NCBI GenBank assembly: GCA_051294375.1
Contig: CM119270.1
Location: 16,270,413 to 16,334,412 of the forward strand
Direction: 5' to 3'
DNA from: Paraspadella gotoi
Taxonomy: Eukaryota > Animalia > Chaetognatha
Length of the DNA stretch: 64,000 bases
Shown here: positions 12,482 to 26,067 of the stretch, one piece after another
How the letters are laid out: every line of letters begins with the position of its first letter
How positions within the stretch are numbered: the first letter of the stretch is position 1
Notes under the pieces: model-generated
Databases searched by the model: none
Seen by the model: only the letters and a program-made list of their open reading frames with translations
Told to the model about the DNA's origin: nothing
Program-made: the position numbers and the translations under genes

Positions 12482-15400
12482 ATCGATCATCTCTCTCTCT
12501 CATCTCTCTGCTTCCTCCCTCTTGAGTCATAGGTACTACCAGGCGTCCTCGCCGGACGCCAGCCGTCACACCACTCGAGCGAGCGGCTGGCGCGGCTGCC
12601 CGACCGACTCACTTCTCCTTCCCGGGCTTCTTTCCGTCTCGGATCGGGGAGATTTTCTCTCTCTCGAATGGTGAGTCGGGCTTCTTCCGGTCGAAGTCCG
12701 AGCGGATCGGGGCCGGATCTCTCGCTCTCTCTCTCTCTTAACTACTCTCTTGCTTCTCTCTCGCTCTGCCGTCTCACTCTCTATTCTTCTATCTTTGAGC
12801 AATTGAGTTTAGCAATTACTTACTCAGTATTTGTTTTGTCAATCTATTATTACTGCCTGAAATCTAGATTCAGATTTTCAAAAACGTTTCAAAATAGTGA
12901 TCAGAACCATATTTTAATGGGAAATTAGATGTACACAGCTCGGGGAAGATCAGTATGCTCAAAAGGTTAGTAATTAAAAATTCGAGTGACTCGAGATATG
13001 CATGGATTAATGCGTCATCGTAAGGTTGAATATAGGCAGAAAGAGAGCATAAACGATTTTAAATAAGTTAAATCTATTTTTTTAAAAAAAAACAATTAAT
13101 ATAATATGTATTTAAGCTATTTACTCTTCATACGTCCTCGCGAACAAATGCATAAATTATACTATATAATCTTATTTTGCGATCATTTTTATCTTTATCA
13201 TATTGTTCTATTGTTTTTCAGCATATTTAAATCATTATTGGTTTAGATTTATATCTTTTTAGTAATTAATCTATTATTTTTTAGCTCAAAAATCTATTAA
13301 AATCTAAAAAAAAAAGAACAAATAATAGCAAATTTTTCATCGTTATTTAATTTTCTGCCTAAATATTTCCTCATATTTTTTCCACCCCGTTTCTTATACT
13401 TTCCTTATTATATTTTTTTGTTCATTGGTTATTTTATTGTTTCAATGTTGTAATATTGGTTTTCTTCATTCTTTTTTCTTTCTTCTTTTTTTCTTGCTTT
13501 TTTTCAAAAAAAGAACTCCCGGATTCGATCCGGCGGAACCCATAATCGATCCGCTGCCCGGAGGCAGAGAGAAGAGCCTCGGGGTGACGAGGGTAAGACA
13601 GGAGAGAGAAAAGATTTAAGTTGCGTCCGCTGCCAGCTCCGATCGGATCGACTTTGCAGCCGCGCGGATCCGGGAGGATAAAAGAGAAGGAAGAGAAGAA
13701 GAGTAAGAAGAGCCGAAGAGAAGTAAGTCGAAGGCAGGGAGAGCCGCTCGGCCGCGCGCGCGCGACTGCCTTCTCCGGGACGCTGTTGCGTGCGATGATA
13801 CGAGCGCTTTCTGAGTACTAGCCATGCTCACGCATTCTCTTCCCTTCTCTCCTCTCTTCTCCTCTCTCTCTCTCTCCTCTCTCTCTCTCCTTCCTTTCTC
13901 TCTCCCCCTTTTCCTCCGCTTTCTACGGTTTCTCTCTTCGTCCGAATCGGTCTCCCCAGCACCGACAGTACTCCCTAGAAGGTTCGCTCATCGCCTCCCG
14001 TCCATCATTGCTCACGTGAGGCAGTACATAACTGGTTGACTTTCCCTACGCACTATCTCGACGCTGATGTGGTCCATCCGCGATCTCCAGCCGGCCGGAC
14101 GTTAGCTCGGCGGCGGAGTAAGTCCGGCTGCCTGATTCGCTCGTCCTTCGCCGCGAAGGAAGAGGATTCTCCTCCTTCTCTCTTTCAACTCTCTCTCCTT
14201 TTCGCTCCTCTTTCGTCGCAGGGTCTTTGAGCTCTCGAATTTCGGGAAGAATTTATCAATTTCTCATTGAAGAAATCAGTCATATGTCCAATAAGGTAAA
14301 TAGGAAATAAAAAAATAAAAATAAAATGGCAAGTAATTTACTGTTTACCGACGGCAGTAGTTAGTTAGAAAGGGTTTTGGTTAGGGTAATTCGGTAATTA
14401 ATTTAAAAATAAATATTTTTAAGTAGTATTTTCAAAAAAACGCCAAATGCCGTGCCGGTTGGCGAAAGTAAGAATGTGTTAACAACGTAAAATATCTGAA
14501 TTTTTTTCTAACTTTTAATTTTGTATTATTGATTGTATATTACTCTTAAACTTTTCGCTTCGTCATCAGGTGTCAGTCGCCTGGTTCAAAATTTAACTTT
14601 GTCTTTTGTCTGGGAATGGCTGGACAGGTGTTTTAGAGAAGGTTGCGCCGTTTACGGATCACAGGCTGCTCGCTAATGCGGGCTAAGAAGTAAGACAAAT
14701 GTTCCGTTCAATAATGTCCTCTCCCAGACTGTACCACTTGCTACAGTTTATACATAATGTAAAACGCCGAAAGATAAAGTTTATTAACTGTTATAGATCC
14801 AATAATAGTTTTTCAGAAAAGTCATTCTGTGAACAAGTGCAATTCCATATAAACTAGTTGCTTATTCATGGTGATTTACTTAGCCAGTACAAAAAATAAT
14901 TGTAAGAAATTAGATATTAGGAAAAAAAATTTGGAAATTATTCAAATGCTACGTGAGATTTTTCTCAACTGCCGAGGAACCTCGAAACAGAACTGACGCC
15001 ATCTTATGGAACCGCGGAAACCGCGCGATGGCCGGAAAATCCAAGTGAACTTAAGTGTTTTCTTTGCCGGCGCTTCAATTGCGACTTTTTCTCGTTTAAA
15101 CGTTGGAGAAGTAATAAACGTTCAATGGATGAGGTATTTTTTTTTTAAATCTAAACAGGTTTAACATTATTATTAACGTCATGCCATGCACACGCGCGAG
15201 AAGTTTGAAAGAATTAATTGCTATATTAACGTCAATTTAACAAAACGCGTTTCATTGGTAAAAAACGAATTCAACTGTTTTAAGACTACGGTGATCGTTT
15301 GTCTCTTACGTTAGGCAACGAAAAGAATTAATATAATTCCTTGACGACAGTTTTCGAAATCCTGCGACCTTCAACATTCGGAACCGGATTCTTCCGTGAT

Positions 15401-16599
15401 CTTCTGTATATTTAAGCTAAAATTAAATGGACTTTCTCCGCGAAACGGCGGAATCCTAGACCAAAGGCTGAACAAATCATGTCTAAATAAAATTCCCGAT
15501 GCAACAGACCGTTCTGGACTAACCTTTCGACGCTTAAGCGCGGCTCGTAAAATTCGATTCAAATGCATCGATCGTTCAGCTCTTCTACGACGTCAGTTCT
15601 TGGGCTTAAATTACCGGATGGGAGCATCGAGGCGCAGAAGAAAAGTTCGAAAAGAATAACGATCTAACTCGAACGAACAGTATCCGATGCAGTCGACGAT
15701 AGCCTTTAAAGTTACGCTGTCAGGACAATTGACGCGTTAATTAAAATTATCATATTGTGTTGGGAAGTCATATATTTTTGACCTATGTATGACTTTATTT
15801 CTTTTTTCACTTATCAACAAAATTAGTCGGATAGGAAATGCAACTGGCCACTTATAAAAGAAAATTTCTGCATGTGTTCTCAACTTAAAATATTCAATAA
15901 CCTTTCTTCATGAATAGTGTTTTTGCAAGTTTTTTATTATAGATGTGATTTATTGTACAGTTGTTTGTTACGATGTTATTCTTGTCGCTGTTGTTTGTCG
16001 TCGGGCTACCAATTGTTAGAATAAATGACTTAGCAGTGAATATAAAGAAGAAAGATAAGAATGACGTTTCACGGAATTTATTTAGCATACATGTCAAAAA
16101 CGAGCGCAATAACAGAAGAGAAATAGACGATAGTTAAAATAACCATAAGAGTTGAAACGAATCCTAGTGGTTCAGTTAACTATTTGGACCTAAGTATCAG
16201 TAGGTTCACGGATTTAGGTAAGCTTGTATAGAGGATCATGTACGTGTTGTTGTTGTTTGTCGTTGTTGTTGTCGTTGTTGAAAATAATTCAATAGAAAAG
16301 CGAAAAACTTAAAGAAGAGAGAGCAGAGAGAAAAGAGTCAGATAGCGGTGATTTTCGGCGATCTTTCTGCACCCGAGAACCCGGCGACGATCGCGATCCT
16401 TCTCTGATCCTACGTGTGCGAGTGTCGGTAGAGAAAGGAGAAGGGATCTCAGCCGTCATTTTTCGAGAGAGGAGTCACCGACGCGGATGACCTCCGACCG
16501 TTCGACCGGCGATAAGAGGAGTAAGGAGGACCAGATTTAGGGAAGAAGCCTTTTGTTTTACTCCAGCAGTGCGGCTCTCGGGTCGATTGTCGACCAACC

Positions 16600-17150
16600 C
16601 CATGCTCTCGTCTCTCTCTCTATTCTCCATCTCGTGTCTCTCTTTTCTCTCTCTCTCCTGCTTCCTCTCGTCGTCTCTCTCTCTATCTCTCTTTCTCTCG
16701 GTACGTCTCCTCTCTCTCTCTCTCTCTCTCTCTCATCACCTTCTCTCTACTCTCTCTCTCTCATCTCCTCTCGGCTGTCGATTCTCTCCTCTCTTCTCTC
16801 CTCTCTCTCTCTTCTCTCTCTTATGCGGGATCTCCGTTCTACTTATCTTCTTCGTCTTTCTCTCTCGTGAGTGGCATCTCATCTCTCTCTCAGTCTCGTC
16901 TCTTCTCTCTCTCCCTCATCTCGGTCCATTTCTGTCACCCCTCCGCACAGTCCATCTCTGTCTCCGCCTTCTCGTTTCCTCGCTTCATCCTCTTCTCTCA
17001 TCTCACTCTGCATTCTGTCTCTTTGTTCTCTCTCCTCCTCATCTTCCAATCTCTCTTATTTTACAGTCTCTCCCTCATCTCTCTCTCTCTCTCCTCTCGT
17101 CTGTCATCTCTCTCTATCACCTCGCTCGTCTCTCTCTCCTACATCTCGAT
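16600..17150. repeat. Degenerate (CT)n low-complexity tract, representative of many AG/CT microsatellites (e.g. 2880-3118, 8964-9034, 12350-12500, 53890-54100)
   Basis: Seen directly; these tracts generate the ER/SL-repeat spurious ORFs. Confidence 0.9.
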
Positions 17151-20100
17151 CTCTTTAGCGATTCGTGAAAAGTTAATAGAACAAAGGCTGCCATCCGACT
17201 TTTTCACGCCCCTTATTTCCCTTCCGAAAACACACGAAGCACCATCACACCATGGACCCGACTCTCGGATTTTTTTAATCTCCCGCTCTCTGCCAAAATA
17301 TTTGCCTTCTCTTTTTTTANNNNNNNNNNNNNNNNNNNNNNNNNACAACAAAAATTCATTTTCACCGTCAAAATAAAAAAAAAGTGAAAACATTCGAGGG
17401 TCGAAAAAGAAGGAAAGAATTTACTGCGAAGATAAACCGAGGCTGGAAGAGGGAAGAATCGATTAAGAAGCGATTAGCGAGACATTTCGATGCTGGAGTT
17501 CGGTTATAAAGTTGGAAAAAAATGTTCGGGTTTAGAATTTAAAAGATCAGACGTTGAAAGAGGGACGGCCGATAGCGACGAAGAAAGAAAAGACGCTGAG
17601 GCCTCAGTGGGGGCGATTTCTCTTTTTTTTTTAAATTTTTGGGTTTTGTCGAAAAAACGATCGTAAACAAAACAAGTTTGAGCAAACAATGTCGGATCTG
17701 CCCACGACAATTTAGCGGTAAGCAGCTAAAAAGCAGCAAAAAAAAGTCGTAGTTTGATCACAAAGATCAAAGGTTTGATCTTTTCTTATATGTTTGAAAA
17801 TAAAGTCAAAGTAAATAGATCGAGCTCCGGGATTTTAACTGATGATAAATAAAATAGCAACCATAAAAAAAAAAACCGGAAAGTCGTTCAACACTTTCAA
17901 AAAAATGACCAGTAAAAGAAAAGAATCATATGGTCAGAACCGGCTTAATTTAAAGGATCAAACATTATGCTTTAATTTTTTTGTTCCTCGTCATATTTTC
18001 CCGACATTAATCTTTTCTCCCCAAATTTTTTCCTTTTTTTTTCACTGTCCAAAAAANNNNNNNNNNAAGACATTTCTAGTACGACTGAATTTCTTTTCTT
18101 ACCTTTTCAAAGCCCGTATCATTCCACTTCCGAAATCCTTCAGGTAAAAACCTCGCATCTACTGCGAAGTCCACAGTGTTGACTTCATCCCTTTTATACC
18201 ATCTCTTCACTACCCTCCATGTTTCCTCCCTTCCTTCTTTTTCTCCCCGTCTCTTTTTTCCTTCCTCCCTTTCCTCTTCTCCATATTTCATATCCCTTTT
18301 TTCTCCTCCTTCCTCCATTTCTCTTCTTTCCTTTTTTCTCTTTCCTTCTTCCTCCCTTTCTTTTCCTCCCTCTCCTCTCCTCATCTCCCCTTGACATAAA
18401 TTATACCTCTGAGACTAAACATCCTTCACTACGTTCGTTGTTTCGATTCTTGTTCACTTCTCTGCTTTGGAATCCTTTGTCTCCTACTTTTACCACACTT
18501 GTCCCACACTTGTCCTTTAATTAATCTTTTTATTCCACAATTTTATAGAAGAGACTCTTGTCTCACACGTTTCCTTCTCACGCATAAACTTCCATACTTT
18601 ATGTAAAGTACGTCACACTTGCCCCTTCTTTCAATTGAAACGCGTTGGATAATTTTCAGTTGCCGAGTTCACAGCCACCATTTTTCTTTATTAGATATAT
18701 CACTTACCTTCGAATACTTTGAATTCCACCAACACTCATCCCTTTTACTTACCCAAACCCTTGCCACTCTTCGGCGACCTCGTCTAATCTCTTCGGTCAA
18801 ACAAAGGATAAGAGGAAGAGAAAGGGAGACGGGCGCCGGCCGAGTTTTTCCTCTTTCCGCAGCCGCCGCCGCTGCCGCTCCCCGCCGCTCCCCGCCGCTG
18901 TCTAGTGTCCCGCCAAAAAATGACCGACACACAACAATAATAATCCATCAGGCGCTGTCGGGCGGAGAGAAGGCGAAGGGCCGAACTCGACCCCAACGGC
19001 ACGTCTCGTAACAGGGGGCGGGAATTTGTGTTAGGAGCCCGCGATGGGCCGCGGGCGCCCGGCCGTACGTTTTGCGCCGTCCAACCTCGAGTGATTACCG
19101 AGTCTAACGGTGAAACTAAGATAGAGAAAACGAACAGTGAACAGTGAACACTGAATAGACAGATAGAATGACAGTGAAGATTAAAAATTCTGTGAGAGTT
19201 TTTAGGAAGAACTACGGAACAAAATACAAGTGAAATAGCTAATTTTAATTCTACTACAGTTTATTAATTTTTAGCACCTCAACTTTACTCAACTCTTACG
19301 GCAGGTCCGCGTTCATCCGAAGATCGGTAAAGGGAAATTTTGGAATCGCGGCATCGCAGTATCCGCGGCATCGCAGATATGTATTAAAAAACCATCATAT
19401 TACTTTCGGCTTTTGAAGCGTTCCGTATTTATCCTTCTCGTAGCTGCAACTTTTTTTTTCTTTTTCTCCCTCCTTCCTTAACCCCTCCCGCCTTCCCCCT
19501 TGCTCATCCCCTTTCCACTCTTTCACCCCCTTTCACTCCCCCTTTCACTCCCCCTTCCTTGTCGACCTCCGATTTGCGAGATGTTCCACGGGACCATTTT
19601 CGTTAAGGGGCAAAAATTTTGGAAAAGGTGGGGCCGAGGGAGAAAAGTACCGCTAGATGATGGTGTTGGAAATATGGGGGACGGGGGGGAGGAGGGGGGA
19701 GAATGTGGCTCTCTTGTCCGTCGGTCCGTCGGTCCGGTCCGTCGGTCCGTTATCTAATTCTCGCCGCGAATGAAGGGTAGATGATCGTCGAGGGGAAAAG
19801 GGGAATTAGCTTTTGACCCGCGGGAATGAGATGGAGTGGGGGAGTTGAGAGGGAGAAGCAGATGGGGAAAGGGAAGGGGAGGAGAAAGAAGGGGGGAGCA
19901 GCAAGGTGAAAACTGGAGAGAAGCAGGGGAGAAAAGAAAGGAGGAAAAGAAACTAAGGTAAGCTGGGGATCTGAGAAATTACATTTATGAAGGAAATAAA
20001 AATCGCCAATTAGTATTTTTGCTCCCATTTAATCGGCTGTCGCTTAAATTTCATTTGACATAGTAGGTAACGTTCCCTGGTTCGTTTATATGTTGTGTTT

Positions 20101-21594
20101 TAAATATTGTTTACATATACTTGATAGGAAATACTGTGTCATATATTGCTTGTATGTAAACATTTCAAATTCAACTCGACTCGACACGGCGTTGTGAAAA
20201 ATAATCTTACAAAAAAGTTCATATCACGCCCAACTTTAAATCAGAACTCTGCCGTTCTTTATATTTTCTTTTGACTTTGTTCACTTATAATTTTTAGTTC
20301 GGCCGAGTGACTTAGATTGGTAATATAAAAAATGTATTTCTTTGATAACTTTTTGAACCAAAAATTGATGAACGATGAGACTGGTATATATTAAAGCATA
20401 ATTATGGGGCATCTTTTCCATTAATTTTTTCAAGTTTCAAATGAGTTTTTTTAAAAAATCTTGATCGAATTTGTCAAAAGTTATATAACAACTTTTGAAT
20501 TAGATGTAAACACCCTTGGCCATATTAAAATAATAAAAATATGGATTCTGAAAGAGAAAAAGAATGAATTATGTTTCTTATATAAGCAAAAAATTTGTCT
20601 ATACTTCAAATGTTAAATATAATTACTAAGGATTAATGAATTATCATTTGTTGAAAACAAAAAAAAATAAAAATTCATTGTGGAACCTTAAAAAACATTA
20701 TGTTTAAATATGAAAATTTTAGGAGTTCAAATTTGTTCCGGCTTGTATTTTAAGAAACTACGATCATGAGTGGCTAAAAGCTGTTTATCAGATTTTTTTT
20801 ACTTTTTTCTATCTTCACGGTGTGCACAATTAAAACCTTTTGCATAATGCCCAGTTAGCATATATTAAATACATTTTTTATTAAAAAAGCACGTACAATT
20901 CTTTAATAACACACTATGCATGTAGCTGTATGGTAAAATTGTTGTTTTATTGTTTATTATAATACAAGGCTTTAATCAATAAAGGCGGTAAATTGCAAAG
21001 AAAAATGAGTGATTTCAAGGCTCCATATTGATACTGTGATATCAATGAATTTTCTTTGTTCCGGAATCGAAATGTACCTAAGACATTGTAGTTTTATTAG
21101 CTAATCTTTATTTTTATAATTTTAAAGGGTATGTTTGGCAAAACAGTAAGAAACAAAAATGATAACAAATTTTAAGAAAAAAATTTGGATTAATTGCTAT
21201 TATTTCTTACTATGACGTCAGTTTATTTTTTTCGTTATGTGCTTGAAAGTTAGGCTAAACCCAACAGAATCGGAATCAGTGCATGACCGCTGTATATTGA
21301 TTTGACTTATACAGTAAATACCGCAAAATAAAAAAAATTTAAAAAGAATTCAGACTTAGCGCCGTTTTTATTTTCAGTATTTTTTAGTCAAGACCTTTAT
21401 GGATTTTCTTTGTTCCGGTGGCGTTGGATAGCCCAAACTCTGCAGTTTCAGAAATCATCCATGGTTTTGTAATATTTACTGCGCTACTGGTGCAAAAATT
21501 GCTAGGAACCAAAATTATCCGAAACCGCTTGGTTCTTTCGGATTTTTTTTTAAGCGCGGAGCGACATATCTACATAGTATTAGGCCAAAGTTTT

Positions 21595-21635
<41 letters not shown>

Positions 21636-22854
21636 CTCTCTCTCTCTCTCCCTCTAAAATAAATGCAACACCGATTCTATTTACTTTTCTGATATCAATT
21701 GATCGTTTCATTTCATTTTGTTCGGCATTTTTATCCCGACTATCTTCGCCGAAAGGAAAGGCAATTTTCGAAAAAAAAAGATCTGATAATAGAGAAGCTG
21801 AAGTGAGAAAATATATTTAAAATTTATAGGAAAAAACCACCTTCTCTAAAAGTAGCAAGTTGCTGTGAATAAAAGGAAAAGCTAAATGCAGTTCTTGACA
21901 TCTTCTTTTAAGGCGTTCGTCTGAAATTTGGAGTTGATAACAGACTTTTAAATCGTGTTCCCTTTCCAAGCCACACTTTTAAACAAGCGCCATTTACTCA
22001 CTCTCATCAAGCGCCTTCCCTCACCTCACCTTACCTTACCTTTACCTTCACTTTAAATGTCCACCACCATCGTTTCACTTTCCCCTTCAATTTCCTTCCG
22101 AATCGCCTCCCCTCACCTCACCACGGGTCAGTCCAGAGACCGTGACCACAGGTCGACCCAATTTTAGATTAAAGTTCCGCCTTGGAAATCCGGACCGAGA
22201 AAAGGAGAATCGCCGGACGAGAATCTCTCCCTTACCTCTTAACCCACCCGATCATTTCATCCGNNNNNNNNNNNNNNNNNNNNNNNNNNNNNNNNNNNNN
22301 NNNNNNNNNNNNNNNNNNNNNNNNNNNNNNNNNNNNNNNNNNNNNNNNNNNNNNNNNNNNNNNNNNNNNNNNNNNNNNNNNNNNNNNNNNNNNNNNNNNN
22401 NNNNNNNNNNNNNNNNNNNNNNNNNNNNNNNNNNNNNNNNNNNNNNNNNNNNNNNNNNNNNNNNNNNNNNNNNNNNNNNNNNNNNNNNNNNNNNNNNNNN
22501 NNNNNNNNNAAGTTACAAATGGAATAAGAAGTAAAACAAAAATTAATTACATATTTCGACCACAAATGAAATGAAAATTAATTTATCATGACATGAAATG
22601 ACTAGACATTCTAATTTTAAATAAATCTTTTTTGTTCTTTCAAAAAGAAAACGTTCCCCGCTTTCACTTTCTTTTCAGCCACAAAAATTTCCTTCCATTT
22701 TATTTCCCCGTTAAATTTTCTCTCCACTAAGCGAAAAAATTATTCTCTTTTCGATCGTAAACTGATTTCGCTGTAAACTGTGGAGCAATTTGGAGCAAAT
22801 CTAGCGAATAAAGCGAAAAGAAAGAAAAAAGGGACCAGCTTCGCTTTTAAAAGT

Positions 22855-22912
<58 letters not shown>

Positions 22913-22959
22913 CGCTCATAACCATAAAAGCAATAAAGTGAATTTTCCTTTTTTTATTT

Positions 22960-22996
22960 GTTCGACCCGGCGCCGAGGTTCCGGGTTCGAGACCCG
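22960..22996 (+). repeat. tRNA-like 3' half / B-box relic, possibly a SINE fragment
   Basis: CGGG-TTCGAGA-CCCG T-arm hairpin at 22982-22996. No D-arm, A-box or acceptor stem is visible. Confidence 0.3.
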
Positions 22997-25900
22997 AAAG
23001 AGACAAACTTTTATTTAAATTTCTTTTTTTCCCTTTTTTATCGTCCGGCGTTTAAAAAGGAAGGAGGGGCGAACAAACAATGGTGGGAGAGGAGGAGGAA
23101 GAGGAGGAAGAGTAGGTAGATGAGGAAGAGGGGCTAAGGGAATAGGGAGGGAGGAAAGGAGAGGGTAAAGGTGAGGAGTTTAAAGAAGAGAAGGACAAAG
23201 AAGAAGAGGAGGTAGGAAAACGACATTTTCGTGGAATAATAAAAATTTCAAAATATTATAAAGTGTCAAAAATAATTCCACAATTCTACAATTTCTACGA
23301 TTTGTCTGTATTTTGACACATCGGTTGGTTTTGTGACACATTTTCATTTTGTGAGACGGAGGTTGGCTTCTGCTCCCGATATTTAATGTTTGGAAGTAAA
23401 ATGAAAAAAGATTAAGAATTGTAACATTTGTTTTTTCTTTTCTTATTTTTTAAAGGCGCTTAAATTCTGAATATTGGAATATGTATCTTGTTTGCACAAT
23501 AATGTTTTAAAAAAAAGAGCAGCCTCGAAGAAATATAAAGTCTGGAAGAAATGAATAGAGTCAAGTTCAGTCTGGTGATCGCGAAGAAAAGAAAAGGAAA
23601 AGAAAAATTAGGTCGTCGGGGGAAAGAAGAAAAAAAGAAAGAAAGAAAAAAANNNNNNNNNNNNNNNNNNNNNNNNNNNNNNNNNNNNNNNNNNNNNNNN
23701 NNNNNNNNNNNNNNNNNNNNNNNNNNNNNNNNNNNNNNNNNNNNNNNNNNNNNNNNNNNNNNNNNNNNNNNNNNNNNNNNNNNNNNNNNNNNNNNNNNNN
23801 NNNNNNNNNNNNNNNNNNNNNNNNNNNNNNNNNNNNNNNNNNNNNNNNNNNNNNNNNNNNNNNNNNNNNNNNNNNNNNNNNNNNNNNNNNNNNNNNNNNN
23901 NNNNNNNNNNNNNNNNNNNNNNNNNNNNNNNNNNNNNNNNNNNNNNNNNNNNNNNNNNNNNNNNNNNNNNNNNNNNNNNNNNNNNNNNNNNNNNNNNNNN
24001 NNNNNNNNNNNNNNNNNNNNNNNNNNNNNNNNNNNNNNNNNNNNNNNNNNNNNNNNNNNNNNNNNNNNNNNNNNNNNNNNNNNNNNNACATGAAACGAAG
24101 AAAGGTTTTTTGTTAACAATAAAACATTTTAATGGGAAGAAGAAGAGGAAGAAGAGGGAGAGGAAAAAGAAGGACAGGAAGAAGAGGGAGAGGAAGAAGA
24201 GGGAGGAGAAGAGAGAAGAAAGAGAGATGAAATAGGTAGAGGGAGGAAAAGGAGAGGGAGAGATGAAAGAGGTAGAGGGAGGAAAAGGAGAGGGAGAGGT
24301 GAAAGAGGTAGAGGGAGAAAGTTAAGAGAGGAGACGAGAGTGAAAAGCGAAAAAGTAGAATCCTCCTAAACGTGAGGGTGGATTCACAAGACGAATGACT
24401 TTTTCAAAAAGTGGCGGCTGCGACTGCGGCTGCGGCTGCGGCTGCGGCGGCTGCCGTGTCGGCTGTGGCGTCGTTGGCGTCATCGGCGTCGGCGACAACT
24501 GTAAAGGTTCCTCCTTGTTTTTCTTTTTTNNNNNNNNNNTTTTTCTTTTTCTTTTTTTCATTAGATTTTCCTTTTTATTATGAAATTGGTACAAGCAATA
24601 TAAAAATTATCCATTCATTTAATAAATAAGCTATCTTTCCCCTGACTTTGGACAGGCTTTGGTGGTTTAAGGCCTCCATCACTCTTACAAGATAATGACA
24701 TAGCAGGTCCCTGCAAGCTTTCAATCAAGAGTCTCTCACGGTCGAGTTTATTCACTCCCACATTATACTGGAGTTGATTCCGAAAACGATTTAAATATCA
24801 GAATTAGCCCTGTCAAGCCATGTCAATCGTGTCAACCATGTCATGTCATGTCAACAGATGCCTGGGAATATTTTGGTTTCGACAAAAAAAAACAAAAACT
24901 GTCATAGATTTTGATATCGGGCGAACGACGACGACGACGACCATGATGATTAACCATCATCCATATAACATCAACATCCCCAGCACAACATCACTTTCTT
25001 TCATGTGCTCTTATAAAACTCGCCTTTCTTAATAAGTTTCCAGCGCTATGAAATAAAAGAAATGGATATTAGAAACGTGAAAATATGGTACAGGAAAAGA
25101 AAGCCTTATTGAGAGAGAGAGAGAGATAGAAAGAGAGAGAGAGACATTTGTATGCAGAGCGTGGAACTTTGACTGGAAACTGCAAAAGGATAAGGAAGAG
25201 GAGGTGGAATAGGAGGAGGAGGAGGAGAAAGAGGAGCAGTAGGAGGAGGAGGAATAAGAGGAGAAACAGAAAAAAAAAGAGATAAAAATGGACTTTGCGG
25301 TCAGTGGGAGAAAAAGAGAGGATGACCGGGAGAGCATCTGGATTAAGGAAAAATAAGGAAGAGAAATAAAGAAAGAAAATAAAAAGGAGAAGGAAGTGAA
25401 ATAAGAAGGGAAGCAAACAAGAAAATCACTGGAGCAGGAAACGCTGGGGATTAGACGTTATGTTTCTGTATATTTGGTATTAAATTAATAGGGGTAATGA
25501 AATGTCTCGATGAAATATAATTGATCCCATCCCAGAAGACATCACTAAACTCAGATATTGACAAATATACTGAAATTGTAAATGATACTAAAAAATAAAA
25601 ATTGCCCAATCGAAAATAATTGTACTACATGAGTAAACAATTTTTTTTAACAAAAATATTTATTCGTTAAGAAAATTATAATTCTTTTTATTTTCATTTT
25701 GTATCTGCTAATTTAATTTTCTAATTTATCATATTCACATCACTAATCATATTCTTCAATTGTAAGCGTTGGCCCGTTGGCGAGCAATCGATAATGACAT
25801 ATATCACTACCGCGTCTCAGTTTCCTATCTCTATGAAAACTTTCTTTTATCTCTGCTTAAAGATACCATACTACTAAATTTATAGTAAAATTTAAAAACT

Positions 25901-26067
25901 ATAAGTAGAGCCACGAAAATTATTCTGTGATCTGTATTCAATGACAGGTTATCTTCTTTTTCTACTCTAAGCTTGATACCTCCAAATCGCATAACAATAA
26001 TTTATATTCATAGATTAATTTAGGATAATAATTATCATTTCAAAATTTTGCATTATTTCCCATACTT

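Noticed and set aside
19715-19750. GTCC/GTCG microsatellite suggestive of a Helentron/DINE-like element (similar tracts at ~47582-47606 and ~51200-51216)
   Set aside because: I could not locate sub-terminal inverted repeats or a 3' hairpin, so the element call is unsupported.
22960-22996. Functional tRNA gene
   Set aside because: Only a T-arm is present; no cloverleaf can be built.
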